Source: Candidatus Bathyarchaeota archaeon
Lineage (GTDB): Archaea; Thermoproteota; Bathyarchaeia; Bathyarchaeales; Bathycorpusculaceae
Reading direction: 5' to 3'
Length of the DNA: 64,000 nucleotides
Assembly (NCBI GenBank): GCA_963720565.1
Contig: CAVRFW010000005.1
Coordinates: 192,001-256,000, forward strand
A program made the translations under genes and the position numbers. Under the pieces are notes generated by a model that made no database searches, had not been told where the DNA came from, and was given only the letters and a program-made list of their open reading frames with translations. Below, piece after piece: positions 41,124-51,069 of this stretch. Position 1 is the first letter of the stretch; the number at the start of each line of letters is the position of its first letter.

Positions 41124-41651
41124 CTAAAGCATTTTTTCTTTGAGAACAGATATGATGCTGCTCGGTTTTATGAGCGACATGCCCGTAATTCCCCCGAGCA
41201 CTTCAATTAGCAGAACCTTGTCGGGATTATCCAAGTCTGCCTTCCTCTCTATACTATTAGCTGCAGCTTCGATGAAGTCTCGCGAATGCAAACTGGTGAA
41301 CCGTTTTTCAATTGTTACTCTGAAGGTTTCGTTCTCGGCTATGTTTGCTGCAAGTTCAATCGCCACCTTTCTTACCTCATCCAAATTTGTGGCCAAAACC
41401 CTTTCAATCGGTATAATCCTGAGCGCATAGCGGAACTCGTAGGGACGATCCTGCAGAATGCCGCGGAATTTCTCTATGACCTCGCATGGGTCTAAGCTTG
41501 TTTTCGCTGCAACCAACCCTCTAATCCCAGTCTTGGCAACAACTGGTGCTGGATCACCAACCAGCTCTTTGAGTAAGTAGCTCAATTCTGAGCACATTTG
41601 TCTCTCATTTCCACGTGAGGTCGAAACTAGCAGGTTAAAATCCCTTATCAA
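41124..41651 (-). CDS. THUMP-domain RNA-binding protein
   Basis: TFRVTIEKR, ADLDNPDKVLLIEV. Confidence 0.88.
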   Translation of the reverse strand: MIRDFNLLVSTSRGNERQMCSELSYLLKELVGDPAPVVAKTGIRGLVAAKTSLDPCEVIEKFRGILQDRPYEFRYALRIIPIERVLATNLDEVRKVAIELAANIAENETFRVTIEKRFTSLHSRDFIEAAANSIERKADLDNPDKVLLIEVLGGITGMSLIKPSSIISVLKEKML

Positions 41652-41681
41652 ATACTCAGCTCCTATGTCGGTTAGCTCTAA

Positions 41682-41748
41682 GGGTCAGTGTAGGTATATG
41701 GCTTTTCTCACAGCTCTTGGGCTCGAAGCCGTCGCCTCACATCATCCC
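41682..41748 (-). ncRNA. C/D-box guide sRNA
   Basis: GGG-ATGATGT (box C) ... TCGA (D') ... GTGAGAA (C'-like) ... CTGA-CCC (box D); ~67 nt with terminal stem; D' guide GGCGACGGCT. Confidence 0.72.
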
Positions 41749-42189
41749 AGAAGAAGAATCGGTAACGGCTGATTTATCCATTTTGCTGTGCTCGCCTTGG
41801 TTTGCATTCAAAATGAACTACCCCTGTTTATTAATATCTGAAGGGCGAATTTAATTCTTCAACACCGTAAACAATTGATTGTTTTCCAAGAATCTGTTGC
41901 AACTTGACTGACAAAAGAAAAGACTATTCCAAACTGGAAAATACTAAGAGGCTGTCAAAACTGGTTTTAGCAAGCACAAAGCGGGCGAACGGTTGCCGGC
42001 AATGCAACCGAGGTTGTTTCATTACTAAGAACTGCGATTCCGAATTGTGTTTTGAGAAGAAGACAACAGAAAGACATCGAGTTTCCATGACTTTTTCTGC
42101 TGGACTTCGACATTTGACGAATAATAATGTTTAAACCATCGCAGACTAAGCTACACTAACACCGAGTTCTATGTGGAGGTGGAAAAAAA

Positions 42190-42255
42190 ATGGTGTTTGA
42201 AGAAGAAGAATGGGAAGAGAGTGAAGATGAAGAGTGGGAAGAAGAAGAATGGTAG
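42190..42255 (+). CDS. Acidic Glu/Trp micropeptide MVFEEEEWEESEDEEWEEEEW (21 aa)
   Basis: TATA TTTAAA 42130-42135, SD GGAGGTGG 42175-42182, ATG 42190, TAG 42253-42255, oligo-T terminator; synonymous GAA/GAG mix. Confidence 0.75.
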   Translation: MVFEEEEWEESEDEEWEEEEW

Positions 42256-42274
42256 TTGACTTTGCGCAATAGCG

Positions 42275-42293
42275 TTTTTTTGCGTTTTTCTTT
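42275..42293 (+). terminator. Oligo-T terminator of the micropeptide gene
   Basis: T7-GCG-T5-C-T3 about 20 nt after the stop. Confidence 0.55.
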
Positions 42294-42390
42294 ATCAAGT
42301 ATTTGCTGCTTGTTTTAGCGTCATTTTTGGGTTGTTTTCAGCGTCCATGTTTATAACCAAGCTATTTTCATTATTGAGGTTGAGTTTGTC

Positions 42391-44178
42391 ATGACCCGTA
42401 TTGCTGTATTGGATGCCGACAGGTGCAAAGTGAAGAAGTGTGACCACCCTTGCGTCAGTTTCTGCCCGATGGTTCGAAGCCGAGTGGAAGCAATACGAGT
42501 TGAAGGAGGCAAAGCTGTTATCTCGGAAATGCTTTGCAGCGGTTGTGGCATCTGTGTCAAAAAATGTCCTTTCAAGGCCATCAGCATCGTGAACTTACCT
42601 GATGAATTGGAAAAGGATTGCAGTCACCGTTTTGGACAGAACGCTTTCAAGCTTTTCAGGTTGCCCACGCCTTCACCAGGAACAGTCTTAGGCTTGCTGG
42701 GGCAGAATGGCATAGGCAAAACTACCACCCTCAAAATTCTTTCAGGCGAATACAAGCCCAACTTGGGAGAACATGACAACCCCCCTCAATGGGACGAGAT
42801 AGTCCAGTACTTCAGAGGCTCATCGCTTCAAGACTATTTCCTCAAAATGAGTCAGAACAACCTCAAAATCGCCCATAAACCCCAATATGTCGACAAAATT
42901 CCAAAAGCAGTTTCAGGCAAAGTGGGTGATCTCCTCGAAAAAGTGGATGAGAGACACCTAGCAGACAAACTCATTCTCGATCTTGAACTCTCAACGGTCC
43001 TAGACCGCACCTTAGACGTGCTTAGCGGAGGAGAGCTACAGCGCGTGGCGGTCGCCGCTGCCCTGTGCCGAGAGGCAGACGTATACCTTTTCGACGAACC
43101 GTCCAGCTACTTAGATGTGAAGCAACGACTACAAGTTGCAAAAGCTATTCGAAGCTTGAAGGATTACCAAAAAACAATAATCGTTGCAGAACACGACCTG
43201 GCCATAATCGATTACATGTCAGATCAAATATGTGTCTTCTACGGAGAACCAGCCGTATACGGGGTCGTTAGTCATGTCCACGGCGTTCGAACAGGCATAA
43301 ACATTTACCTTCAAGGATACATTCCCGACGAAAACATAATGTTCCGAAAAGAACCCATTGTTTTCCACGAAAAGCCTCCAGTTGTAACAGCAAGCACAGG
43401 CGAAACCCTGCTAAAATGGAGCCAGATGGAAAAAACGTTCAAAGGCTTCAAGCTCGCCGTCAAACAAGGAGAGATAAAACGTAGCGAAATAATTGGGATT
43501 TTGGGTCCCAACGGGATTGGAAAAACCACTTTCGTAAAGATACTTGCAGGAATCGAAAAATCCGACGAGGAGCAGCAAATTGGAGAGTTATCTGTAAGTT
43601 ACAAACCCCAATACATAGCAGCAGATTACGACGGTACCGTCCAGGAACTGCTCATGAGCGTTGCCAAAGAGAACTATGCATCAAGCTGGTACAAAACCGA
43701 AATTCTCAATCCGCTGAAGGTCAACACTCTTCTAGACAGAAATGTGATGGAGCTCAGCGGCGGAGAACTGCAAAAAATTGCGATAGCAGCGTGCCTAAGC
43801 CGCAAAGCAGACTTGTTCCTGCTTGATGAACCAAGCGCTTACTTAGATGTTGAGGAAAGACTGAACATGGCGAAAACAATTCGACGCGTGGTTGAAGCAC
43901 ATGGTGTAACCGCCTTCGTAGTTGAACATGACGTTGTAACTCAGGACTTCATCGCTGACAGCCTCATGGTTTTCAGCGGAGAACCAGGAATAAAAGGCGA
44001 AGCGAATCCTCCTGTGAGTCTGAGGAAAGGCATGAACTTTTTCCTTAAGGAAATGAATGTTACTTTCCGAAGAGATACAGCTACCAGACGCCCCAGAGTT
44101 AACAAAGAAAACTCAAAAATGGACATTTTTCAAAAAGAGATTGGCGAATACTACTACACACGCCTCAGCCAAAAATAA
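42391..44178 (+). CDS. rli: Ribosome recycling ATPase ABCE1 (RLI)
   Basis: N-terminal Fe-S cysteines, two GxNGIGKTT P-loops, two LSGGELQ, DEPS. Confidence 0.98.
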   Translation: MTRIAVLDADRCKVKKCDHPCVSFCPMVRSRVEAIRVEGGKAVISEMLCSGCGICVKKCPFKAISIVNLPDELEKDCSHRFGQNAFKLFRLPTPSPGTVLGLLGQNGIGKTTTLKILSGEYKPNLGEHDNPPQWDEIVQYFRGSSLQDYFLKMSQNNLKIAHKPQYVDKIPKAVSGKVGDLLEKVDERHLADKLILDLELSTVLDRTLDVLSGGELQRVAVAAALCREADVYLFDEPSSYLDVKQRLQVAKAIRSLKDYQKTIIVAEHDLAIIDYMSDQICVFYGEPAVYGVVSHVHGVRTGINIYLQGYIPDENIMFRKEPIVFHEKPPVVTASTGETLLKWSQMEKTFKGFKLAVKQGEIKRSEIIGILGPNGIGKTTFVKILAGIEKSDEEQQIGELSVSYKPQYIAADYDGTVQELLMSVAKENYASSWYKTEILNPLKVNTLLDRNVMELSGGELQKIAIAACLSRKADLFLLDEPSAYLDVEERLNMAKTIRRVVEAHGVTAFVVEHDVVTQDFIADSLMVFSGEPGIKGEANPPVSLRKGMNFFLKEMNVTFRRDTATRRPRVNKENSKMDIFQKEIGEYYYTRLSQK

Positions 44179-44299
44179 AAATTTGCCATTTCTACAGTCG
44201 CAGCCATCTTCTAGAAGTGCAGTTAACTATAAGAAATAGGCACTAATATATCGTAGGCGAACCAAAGATGAGAAAGGACTAAACTGGTGGAAGCTATAA

Positions 44300-45826
44300 G
44301 TGGCACAAGCAACCTTCGAGGAAATAAGCGCATCCGACTTCTTCTACCGAAACCGCGACATCGCCGGCTTCACCAATCCATCAAGAGCCATATTCGCCGC
44401 TATACGCGAGCTAGTAGAGAATTCTCTAGACGCAGCAGAAAGCCAAAGAATTCCGCCAGATATCTACGTGCGCCTATCTTTTGAGGGTGAAGCAACCAAA
44501 GACACTCAAATTTACAAACTCCGAGTTGAAGATAATGGTTCAGGAATCCAGCCCAGATTCATTCCGTCAGCTTTCGGACAGGTTCTTTACGGTTCCAAGT
44601 ACAAACTGAAGCAGATGCGGGGAACCTTCGGCTTAGGCGGAAAAATGGCCGTCTTATACGGGCAGATAACGACGCATCAGGCTGCATTTGTTACATCCAG
44701 CACAGGTCAAGCCAAGGTTTACACGTTCAAATTAATGATTGACATTCAACGTAACCGTCCCATAATCCTCGACAGGAAGGTACTCATAAACAAGGAGCAA
44801 TGGCGCGGAACCATAGTGGAATTCACGCTTGAAGGCGACTATCTGCGCGCCATGCCAAAGATTTTGGAGTATTTCAAGCAGACCGCCATGGTGAACCCTT
44901 ACGCGAATCTCACATTTGTAGACCCAAAAGGTAGACTCTACAAGTTTGTTAGAGCAACAACAGAAATGCCTGCACCACCTAAGGAAACACTGCCACACCC
45001 CTACGGTGTGGACGTTGAACTCCTTCAACGACTCATCCAGATAACTCCTTACAAGACTATGGCTGAATTCTTGAAGCACCATTTTCACAGAGTAGGCGAG
45101 ATAACAGCGCAGAAATTCCTAGCGTTCAGCGAGTTAAGTCCATCAAAAAATCCAAAGAAACTTGCTCACGAAGAAATCGTCAGACTAATGCAAAACCTGA
45201 AAAAGTATAAAGAGTTTTTGCCCCCTGACGCAAGTTGCCTCTCTCCTCTTGGCGAAGACCTACTCCGGGCAGGAATAACGAAGGAGTTGAACCCCGAGTA
45301 CTTGGTTGTTCATCAACGCAAACCCTCAACCTACGCTGGTCATCCCTTCATAATAGAGGTAGGCATAGCCTACGGGGGAGAAATTCCAAAGAGAGGCAGC
45401 TTTGTCATTTATCGCTTTGCCAACAGAATCCCTCTGCTTTACGATGAGGCAAGCGATGTTTCCTTTAGAGTAATAACTGCAATGAACTGGAGAAGGTACA
45501 AGGTTTCCCCTGACATGCCCATCGCCATTGTTGTTCACATTTGCAGCACAAAAGTCCCATACAAGACCGTGGGCAAAGAGTTTATCGCTGACAGACCGGA
45601 AGTCAGGCGTGAAATAGCCAACGAGTTGCGCGAAGTCGCCCGTCAGCTTCAACACTTTCTATCCAAGCGTGAACACGTTGACAAGGAAAGGAAACGACTC
45701 AGCATTTTTGCCAAGTACTTGCCTAAAATCGCGCAATTTTCATCCATGCTTGCCGGGAAAGATCGCCTTCCCGATGTTGACAAATTAATCAAGAGCGTGC
45801 AAAAATATGGAGCAGAAGAAAAGTAA
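44300..45826 (+). CDS. top6B: DNA topoisomerase VI subunit B
   Basis: RELVENSLDA, EDNGSG, RGTFGLG, RFANRIPLL, STKVPY. Confidence 0.98.
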   Translation: MAQATFEEISASDFFYRNRDIAGFTNPSRAIFAAIRELVENSLDAAESQRIPPDIYVRLSFEGEATKDTQIYKLRVEDNGSGIQPRFIPSAFGQVLYGSKYKLKQMRGTFGLGGKMAVLYGQITTHQAAFVTSSTGQAKVYTFKLMIDIQRNRPIILDRKVLINKEQWRGTIVEFTLEGDYLRAMPKILEYFKQTAMVNPYANLTFVDPKGRLYKFVRATTEMPAPPKETLPHPYGVDVELLQRLIQITPYKTMAEFLKHHFHRVGEITAQKFLAFSELSPSKNPKKLAHEEIVRLMQNLKKYKEFLPPDASCLSPLGEDLLRAGITKELNPEYLVVHQRKPSTYAGHPFIIEVGIAYGGEIPKRGSFVIYRFANRIPLLYDEASDVSFRVITAMNWRRYKVSPDMPIAIVVHICSTKVPYKTVGKEFIADRPEVRREIANELREVARQLQHFLSKREHVDKERKRLSIFAKYLPKIAQFSSMLAGKDRLPDVDKLIKSVQKYGAEEK

Positions 45827-46901
45827 GTCTCGCGTAGCCGAAAAGAAGAGCGAAGTTGCTAGTGGCTTAAAGGATTTCGGCACAAAAATCTACAACCAAC
45901 TGGAAAGTGGTATCTTCCCCACGATCAACATGCCGAGCCGTTCAACGGAAAACATAAACTATGATTCGCACCTTCGCCAATACATCCTCGGCGAAAGAAG
46001 CGTCAGCAGAAGCGCACGCAACATTCGCCATGTAAAGCCCTTTACGCAGTTAGTTTGGGCAGCTATGTTCTCAAACGAGCTTACAACTCAAAGAAAAACC
46101 TCAACCCTCAGGGATGTTTACTATTCGGCACAAGCGTACGAGATGACATTCAAAGACCAGCAAGAATCCAACAACATAATCACCGATTTGGAAACCGCAA
46201 CTGGCTACTCTCGGGAAGACTTCAACATATTTCCCGAAGAGCGTTCAGCAGTGTTTGGCGATCTCACAATAGAATACACAGTTCCAGGTTACGAGGGCAA
46301 AACACTCAATTTAACATCGCACCCTGACGGTGTGCTAATCGGTCCAGCCCTGACTTCATCCGAGTTCGCAAACACTACAGCCGACAAGGTTATAGCCATA
46401 GAGAAAGGTGGTCTGTTCACAAGATTCATCGAAGAAAATGTTCATACTAAGCACAATTCTCTTATGGTTTTGACGGGTGGTCAAGCTCCAAGACAAACAA
46501 GACACTTCATTAGGCGATTGCATGACGAGCTAAATCTGCCAGTGTATATCTTCACAGACGGCGATCCATGGGGTATGCACATAGCCCAAGTCATAATAGC
46601 TGGTTCCGCTAATGCTGCGCACCTGCGGGAATTGAATACGCCCGACGCAGTCTGGAGCGGAGTATGGGCAACAGACATTGTCAACTACAAATTGCCGACT
46701 GATCCACTGGACGAAGTAGACATAAAGCGCCTTTACGAGTTACAGAGAGATCCTCGATACAAAGAAGACCCGTTATGGCAAAGGGAGATAAAGACGTTTT
46801 TGAAGATTAAGCGCAAGGCAGAACAAGAGGCTTTCAGCCGCTACGGTTTAACCTACATAGTCGACGAATACCTGCCAACAAAACTGAAAGAAACTAGTTA
46901 G
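45807..46901 (+). CDS. top6A: DNA topoisomerase VI subunit A
   Basis: TLRDVYY, F.DQ.ES, IEK, TDGDPWG, KAEQEA. Confidence 0.98.
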   Translation: MEQKKSKSRVAEKKSEVASGLKDFGTKIYNQLESGIFPTINMPSRSTENINYDSHLRQYILGERSVSRSARNIRHVKPFTQLVWAAMFSNELTTQRKTSTLRDVYYSAQAYEMTFKDQQESNNIITDLETATGYSREDFNIFPEERSAVFGDLTIEYTVPGYEGKTLNLTSHPDGVLIGPALTSSEFANTTADKVIAIEKGGLFTRFIEENVHTKHNSLMVLTGGQAPRQTRHFIRRLHDELNLPVYIFTDGDPWGMHIAQVIIAGSANAAHLRELNTPDAVWSGVWATDIVNYKLPTDPLDEVDIKRLYELQRDPRYKEDPLWQREIKTFLKIKRKAEQEAFSRYGLTYIVDEYLPTKLKETS

Positions 46902-46973
46902 ATAGCGAAATCTAAAATAACTCTGTGTGTCTTAAGTAGGAACCACGACTGAAAAAATACTGAAGGAATAATT

Positions 46974-47174
46974 ATGAGCGAAGGAGATACATTCTGGATT
47001 TCATTGTCAGAGAAGTCCTTCGGACTTCTACTTACTATTATCGGCGCGTTATTACTCTATTTTACAATCTCAAGCACAACTGCCTTGGCAGGGTTCACTG
47101 TGCTGTTTGGCTTCCTGAGTATCGTACTTTTGGCAATCGGCTTATTCCTGTTGCTTGTCAAACCACCAGAATAG
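46974..47174 (+). CDS. Small two-helix membrane protein
   Basis: Two hydrophobic segments; ATG with SD-like AAGGA. Confidence 0.7.
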   Translation: MSEGDTFWISLSEKSFGLLLTIIGALLLYFTISSTTALAGFTVLFGFLSIVLLAIGLFLLLVKPPE

Positions 47175-47193
47175 CCATTTACCCTTTTACGGC

Positions 47194-47467
47194 TTACTCC
47201 CTTCTCTCGACCATTACACTACAGTTGGTGGCAAGTGCGGCAACAACGCCGACAGAAGCTGGGATTTCAAGAAGCACCTTTCCGGCGTCATCTTTGACTA
47301 TAACCCTGGTCGCACTACCCTCGTGTAGCGGTTCCTTAACGCGGTTGACCAAGTTGTTGGTCGAGACTGCATATTCTTCTATAGTTATTTTGAGACTTTT
47401 GCGCCACACACAGGGCCAAAAATCTCCTTCTTTTAGCGAAGTTCCAGCATTTAGTGCAGTAAGGCGT
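47194..47467 (-). pseudogene. Decayed zinc-ribbon + DUF4342 gene
   Basis: DUF4342-like C-terminus (VKEPLHEG..RVIVKD..LLEIP..ALATNCSV); upstream ACG-PYCTKC / GTSLKEGDF / PVCGAKV scattered over frames; hydrophobic core appears shortened. Confidence 0.7.
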
Positions 47468-47610
47468 GTTTTCCGCCTAAAATTTGAAATAAATAGTCGA
47501 GCACTTGCGAACCCTCGCTTAATCTTGCTGAGTGTTTATTAAGTGAGTCGCACTTACTTTTTGGACAGAGTCACGCTTGTTAAACTGCCAAAAATGGAGA
47601 TATGCTTCAC

Positions 47611-49395
47611 ATGCCCATTCGCCAGCCCATAGTATGTGTACTCGGTCACGTGGATACTGGCAAGACTCTACTTCTTGATAAAATTCGCAAAACAAGCGTT
47701 CAAGCTCGAGAAGCAGGCGGCATGACACAGCATATAGGTGCCAGTTTCTTCCCAGTCGAAACCCTTAAGCAGCTTATCGGTCCGTTGCTTTCCTCACTTA
47801 AAGGCGACATCGAGATTCCGGGCTTGCTAATCGTGGATACACCAGGACATGAGGCGTTCACGAATCTGCGAAGAAGAGGAGGAAGCGTCGCAGACATAGC
47901 CATTCTCGTAGTCGACCTGTTGAAGGGCATCGAAGCCCAGACATACGAGTGTATAGAGATCCTGAAAACTCGCAAGACACCCTTCATCGTAGCGGTAAAC
48001 AAGATCGACCGCATTCCCGGCTGGAACCCCCACTCCTCAACGCCTTTCATGGCTTCTTATGCCATGCAGGATCCAAACGTCCGAGAGAGTTTGGACAATA
48101 AACTGTATGAAATCATGGGTATCTTTAGTCGCTCTGGTTTTAGGACTGACCGCTTCGACCACATAAAAGACTTCACTTCAACTGTTGCATTGGTTCCGAC
48201 CAGCGCAAAAACAGGGGAAGGATTGGCTGAACTTTTGATGGTTCTGGTTGGATTGACGCAGCAGTACCTTAGGAAGCAGTTGCAGACAACTGAGGGTGCG
48301 GCTAAAGGTTCAGTTCTCGAAGTTAAGGAAGAACCGGGTTTAGGTTTGACTTTGAACACCATAATTTACGATGGCACTTTGCAGAAGGATGACTTAATTG
48401 TGGTGGGCGGTAGGGAAAAACCAATTGTCACAAGCATACGAGCGATTTTGGTTCCAAAACCCCTAGATGAGATTAGAGATCCACGGGACAGGTTCAGTTC
48501 CGTTGATTCTGTTTTTGCAGCTGCAGGTGTAAAGATTGTTGCTTCCGGCTTAGAGGGAGCCCTTGCAGGTGCTCCGTTATACGCTGTTGAACCAGGAAGT
48601 ACACCTGAGAAGTATGCAAAACTCGTTACTGATGAGATTAAGAAGATCAGAATTGCCACCGAGCTTGAGGGTGTGGTATTGAAAGCTGATACGTTAGGGT
48701 CTTTGGAGGCAATTGCTGAGATACTGCGAAAGAACAATGTGCAAGTTAGACTTGCGGATGTGGGCGACGTTTCCAAACGCGACATAATTGAAGCGTCTGT
48801 GGTAAAATCACGTGAACCACTAGTGGGCGTTGTTTTGGCTTTCGGAGTTAGAATTTTGCCTGATGCGGAAGAAGAAGCGGCAGCCAGCGACGTCAAGATT
48901 TTCAAGGAACCTATTATCTACAATCTAATCGATAAATATCTAGAATGGCAAAGATCGAAACGGGAAGCAAGCCTAGAGCAGGAATTTGAAAAGCTCGTCA
49001 AGCCCGGGAAAGTTCTCGTTATGGCCGGTTTTGTCTTCCGAAGAGGAAAACCCGCAATTTTCGGTGTGGAAATCTTGGGAGGACAGCTTAGACCAAAACT
49101 CAGTCTGGTCAGAGCAGATGGAGGCGAGGACATTGGTGAGGTACAGCAAATTCAGGATAAAGGCAAAGCAGTGTCTGAAGCCAAGTTGGGTATGCAAGTC
49201 GCAGTGTCAATGGAGAAACCTATCGTTGGGAGACACGTTTTTGAGAAGGACACACTGTACGTGAAGGTGCCAGAATCTGATGTACGGATCTTAATGTCAA
49301 CTCATTTAGAAAAATTGACCGAGGATGAGCAGGAAGTTCTAAAAGAGTATATTGCGATTATGCGTAAGAAGGTTCCTTTCTGGGGCGCATTCTAG
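47611..49395 (+). CDS. infB: Translation initiation factor aIF5B (IF-2)
   Basis: RQPIVCVLGHVDTGKT, EAGGMTQHIGA, DTPGHEAF, NKID, KADTLGSLEA. Confidence 0.98.
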   Translation: MPIRQPIVCVLGHVDTGKTLLLDKIRKTSVQAREAGGMTQHIGASFFPVETLKQLIGPLLSSLKGDIEIPGLLIVDTPGHEAFTNLRRRGGSVADIAILVVDLLKGIEAQTYECIEILKTRKTPFIVAVNKIDRIPGWNPHSSTPFMASYAMQDPNVRESLDNKLYEIMGIFSRSGFRTDRFDHIKDFTSTVALVPTSAKTGEGLAELLMVLVGLTQQYLRKQLQTTEGAAKGSVLEVKEEPGLGLTLNTIIYDGTLQKDDLIVVGGREKPIVTSIRAILVPKPLDEIRDPRDRFSSVDSVFAAAGVKIVASGLEGALAGAPLYAVEPGSTPEKYAKLVTDEIKKIRIATELEGVVLKADTLGSLEAIAEILRKNNVQVRLADVGDVSKRDIIEASVVKSREPLVGVVLAFGVRILPDAEEEAAASDVKIFKEPIIYNLIDKYLEWQRSKREASLEQEFEKLVKPGKVLVMAGFVFRRGKPAIFGVEILGGQLRPKLSLVRADGGEDIGEVQQIQDKGKAVSEAKLGMQVAVSMEKPIVGRHVFEKDTLYVKVPESDVRILMSTHLEKLTEDEQEVLKEYIAIMRKKVPFWGAF

Positions 49396-49432
49396 AAGAA
49401 TTAAAACTGGAAAAAAGATGTTGGATTGAGGT

Positions 49433-50365
49433 CTATTCAAATTCTATTGTTGAGGGCGGTTTGTCGGTTATGTCATACAGACATCTGACAACTGTGGGAA
49501 TTTCCTGAGTAATTCTCGCCGCAATTTTCATTAGTGTTTCATAAGGCACTTGAGCAGCTTTGGCGGTTACAGCAGCTTCCGATTCAACGATTCTGACTGT
49601 GATTATGTTTCCGTAGAGCCTCTTATCATCTTTAATTCCTGTTGCTCTGTCATTGTGGAGAACAGCGAAGTTTTGGAAAGTTCCTAGTTGTCTGGTTTCT
49701 TCTTCAACGATTTGTGTGGCTTTGCGTACAATAGCGATTTTTTCAGGGGTGACTTCGCCCAGAACTCTCAGCGAAAGAGCTGGCCCAGGGAAAGGCATTC
49801 TTTCCGAGATTTCCGGCGGTAATCCTAGCTGGCGACCTACTTTTCTAACATCTGGCTTGAATAACTCTCTTAGAGGTTCAAGGATTTTGTAGCCATAATT
49901 TTCGGGATTGATGCCGATTTGTGAAAGCACATTGTGTTGGGATTTTATCCCCTTAACCGTTTCAATTACATCGGCTTTTATTGTTCCTTGGACAATGCAG
50001 GTGATTTTTTCTTCTTCAGCTGCTCTCCCTAAGGTACTATAAAATTGTTCTCGAAAAGCCTTCCTTTTTTCTTCAGCATCTGTCTTCCCTTTGAAGACAG
50101 CGAAGAATCCCTCCTTAGCATCAATTAACCTGGCTTTTACGCCGAAACTCTTTAACACCCTCATTACAAATTCAGGCTCACCTTCTCTTCTGAGTCCGTC
50201 ATCTATGAAGACAGCAACGAGTTTTTCGCCTACCGCCTTGTGGACAAGGTAGGTTGCGACTGTGCTGTCTACCCCGCCTGAACAAGCAGAGATAACCCTG
50301 CTTTCACCGACGGTCTTTCTAATTTCTTCAAGCGAATTTTCAATAAACATCTCAGCGTCAAACAA
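49433..50365 (-). CDS. guaAB: GMP synthase subunit B (ATP pyrophosphatase)
   Basis: SGGVDS, IKSQHNV, PFPGP, YDITDKPPSTIEFE. Confidence 0.93.
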   Translation of the reverse strand: MFDAEMFIENSLEEIRKTVGESRVISACSGGVDSTVATYLVHKAVGEKLVAVFIDDGLRREGEPEFVMRVLKSFGVKARLIDAKEGFFAVFKGKTDAEEKRKAFREQFYSTLGRAAEEEKITCIVQGTIKADVIETVKGIKSQHNVLSQIGINPENYGYKILEPLRELFKPDVRKVGRQLGLPPEISERMPFPGPALSLRVLGEVTPEKIAIVRKATQIVEEETRQLGTFQNFAVLHNDRATGIKDDKRLYGNIITVRIVESEAAVTAKAAQVPYETLMKIAARITQEIPTVVRCLYDITDKPPSTIEFE

Positions 50366-50477
50366 TGTTTTGTTTCCTCCGTGACTTCCATTCTTAGATA
50401 ATACTCACTATTCTCAGTCTCTAGCTTTTTTTACCTTTCCGTTTCAAATCATTTCTGAAAAACAGGATGAGAGATCC

Positions 50478-50777
50478 TTAACCTCCACCAACCGGAGGAA
50501 GAATTGCCAAAACATCACCCTCTTCTAATATAGTCTCTAACCCATTCTCCGTTGAAGCACTTTTGCCGTTAACAAGAAACTGCAGAAAACTCCTGACTTG
50601 CCCTGTCTCACCGTCATAAACATACTCGTGAAAGTCTCTGCCGTACTTCTTATTGAGTGTTCTAAGGACTACGTCTATGGTTACCTTTTTATCTTCAGGG
50701 AACTCGATGTTTTCCTCTCTCGTGCCTGTTATTTCCCTAAGGCTGGTGAAGAACCGAACAACAATCTGCAACTTCAC
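50478..50777 (-). CDS. MoaD/SAMP ubiquitin-like sulfur carrier
   Basis: V.FF..LRE..G, FLVNG, C-terminal PPVGGG. Confidence 0.92.
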   Translation of the reverse strand: MKLQIVVRFFTSLREITGTREENIEFPEDKKVTIDVVLRTLNKKYGRDFHEYVYDGETGQVRSFLQFLVNGKSASTENGLETILEEGDVLAILPPVGGG

Positions 50778-51069
50778 ACACCATTGGTTACCAGATTATG
50801 AATGTGAGATTAAATCGTTGCGCATTTTTCTCCTGTTTGTTTATCTGTCATTGTAATTTCCTCAATGAACGCGCTTCTAACTACAGGACAATCTAAAATA
50901 GATCCTGTTTTGTAATTTGTTAACATAGGCTGTTTTTTCGAAAATTTGGGTGCTCCCATTCATACAAAATGTTTATTCTCCCAAGATTACTGCGAATAAA
51001 TCCGAATTTTGTCTTTCCGGAGAGGAAAATCTAAATGTGAGAGCGCAATTGCATATAGCCCGTTGAGAG

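Noticed and set aside
41904..42134. 76-aa ORF with CRQC and a CGGTTGC/GCAACCG hairpin near 41990-42010
   Set aside because: TTG start without SD, no second CxxC pair, overlaps the micropeptide promoter; a lone 7-bp stem is not enough to call an RNA
42199..42249. GAA microsatellite explanation for the acidic ORF
   Set aside because: Repeats are interrupted in frame by TGG/GAG/GAT and flanked by promoter, SD, start, stop and terminator
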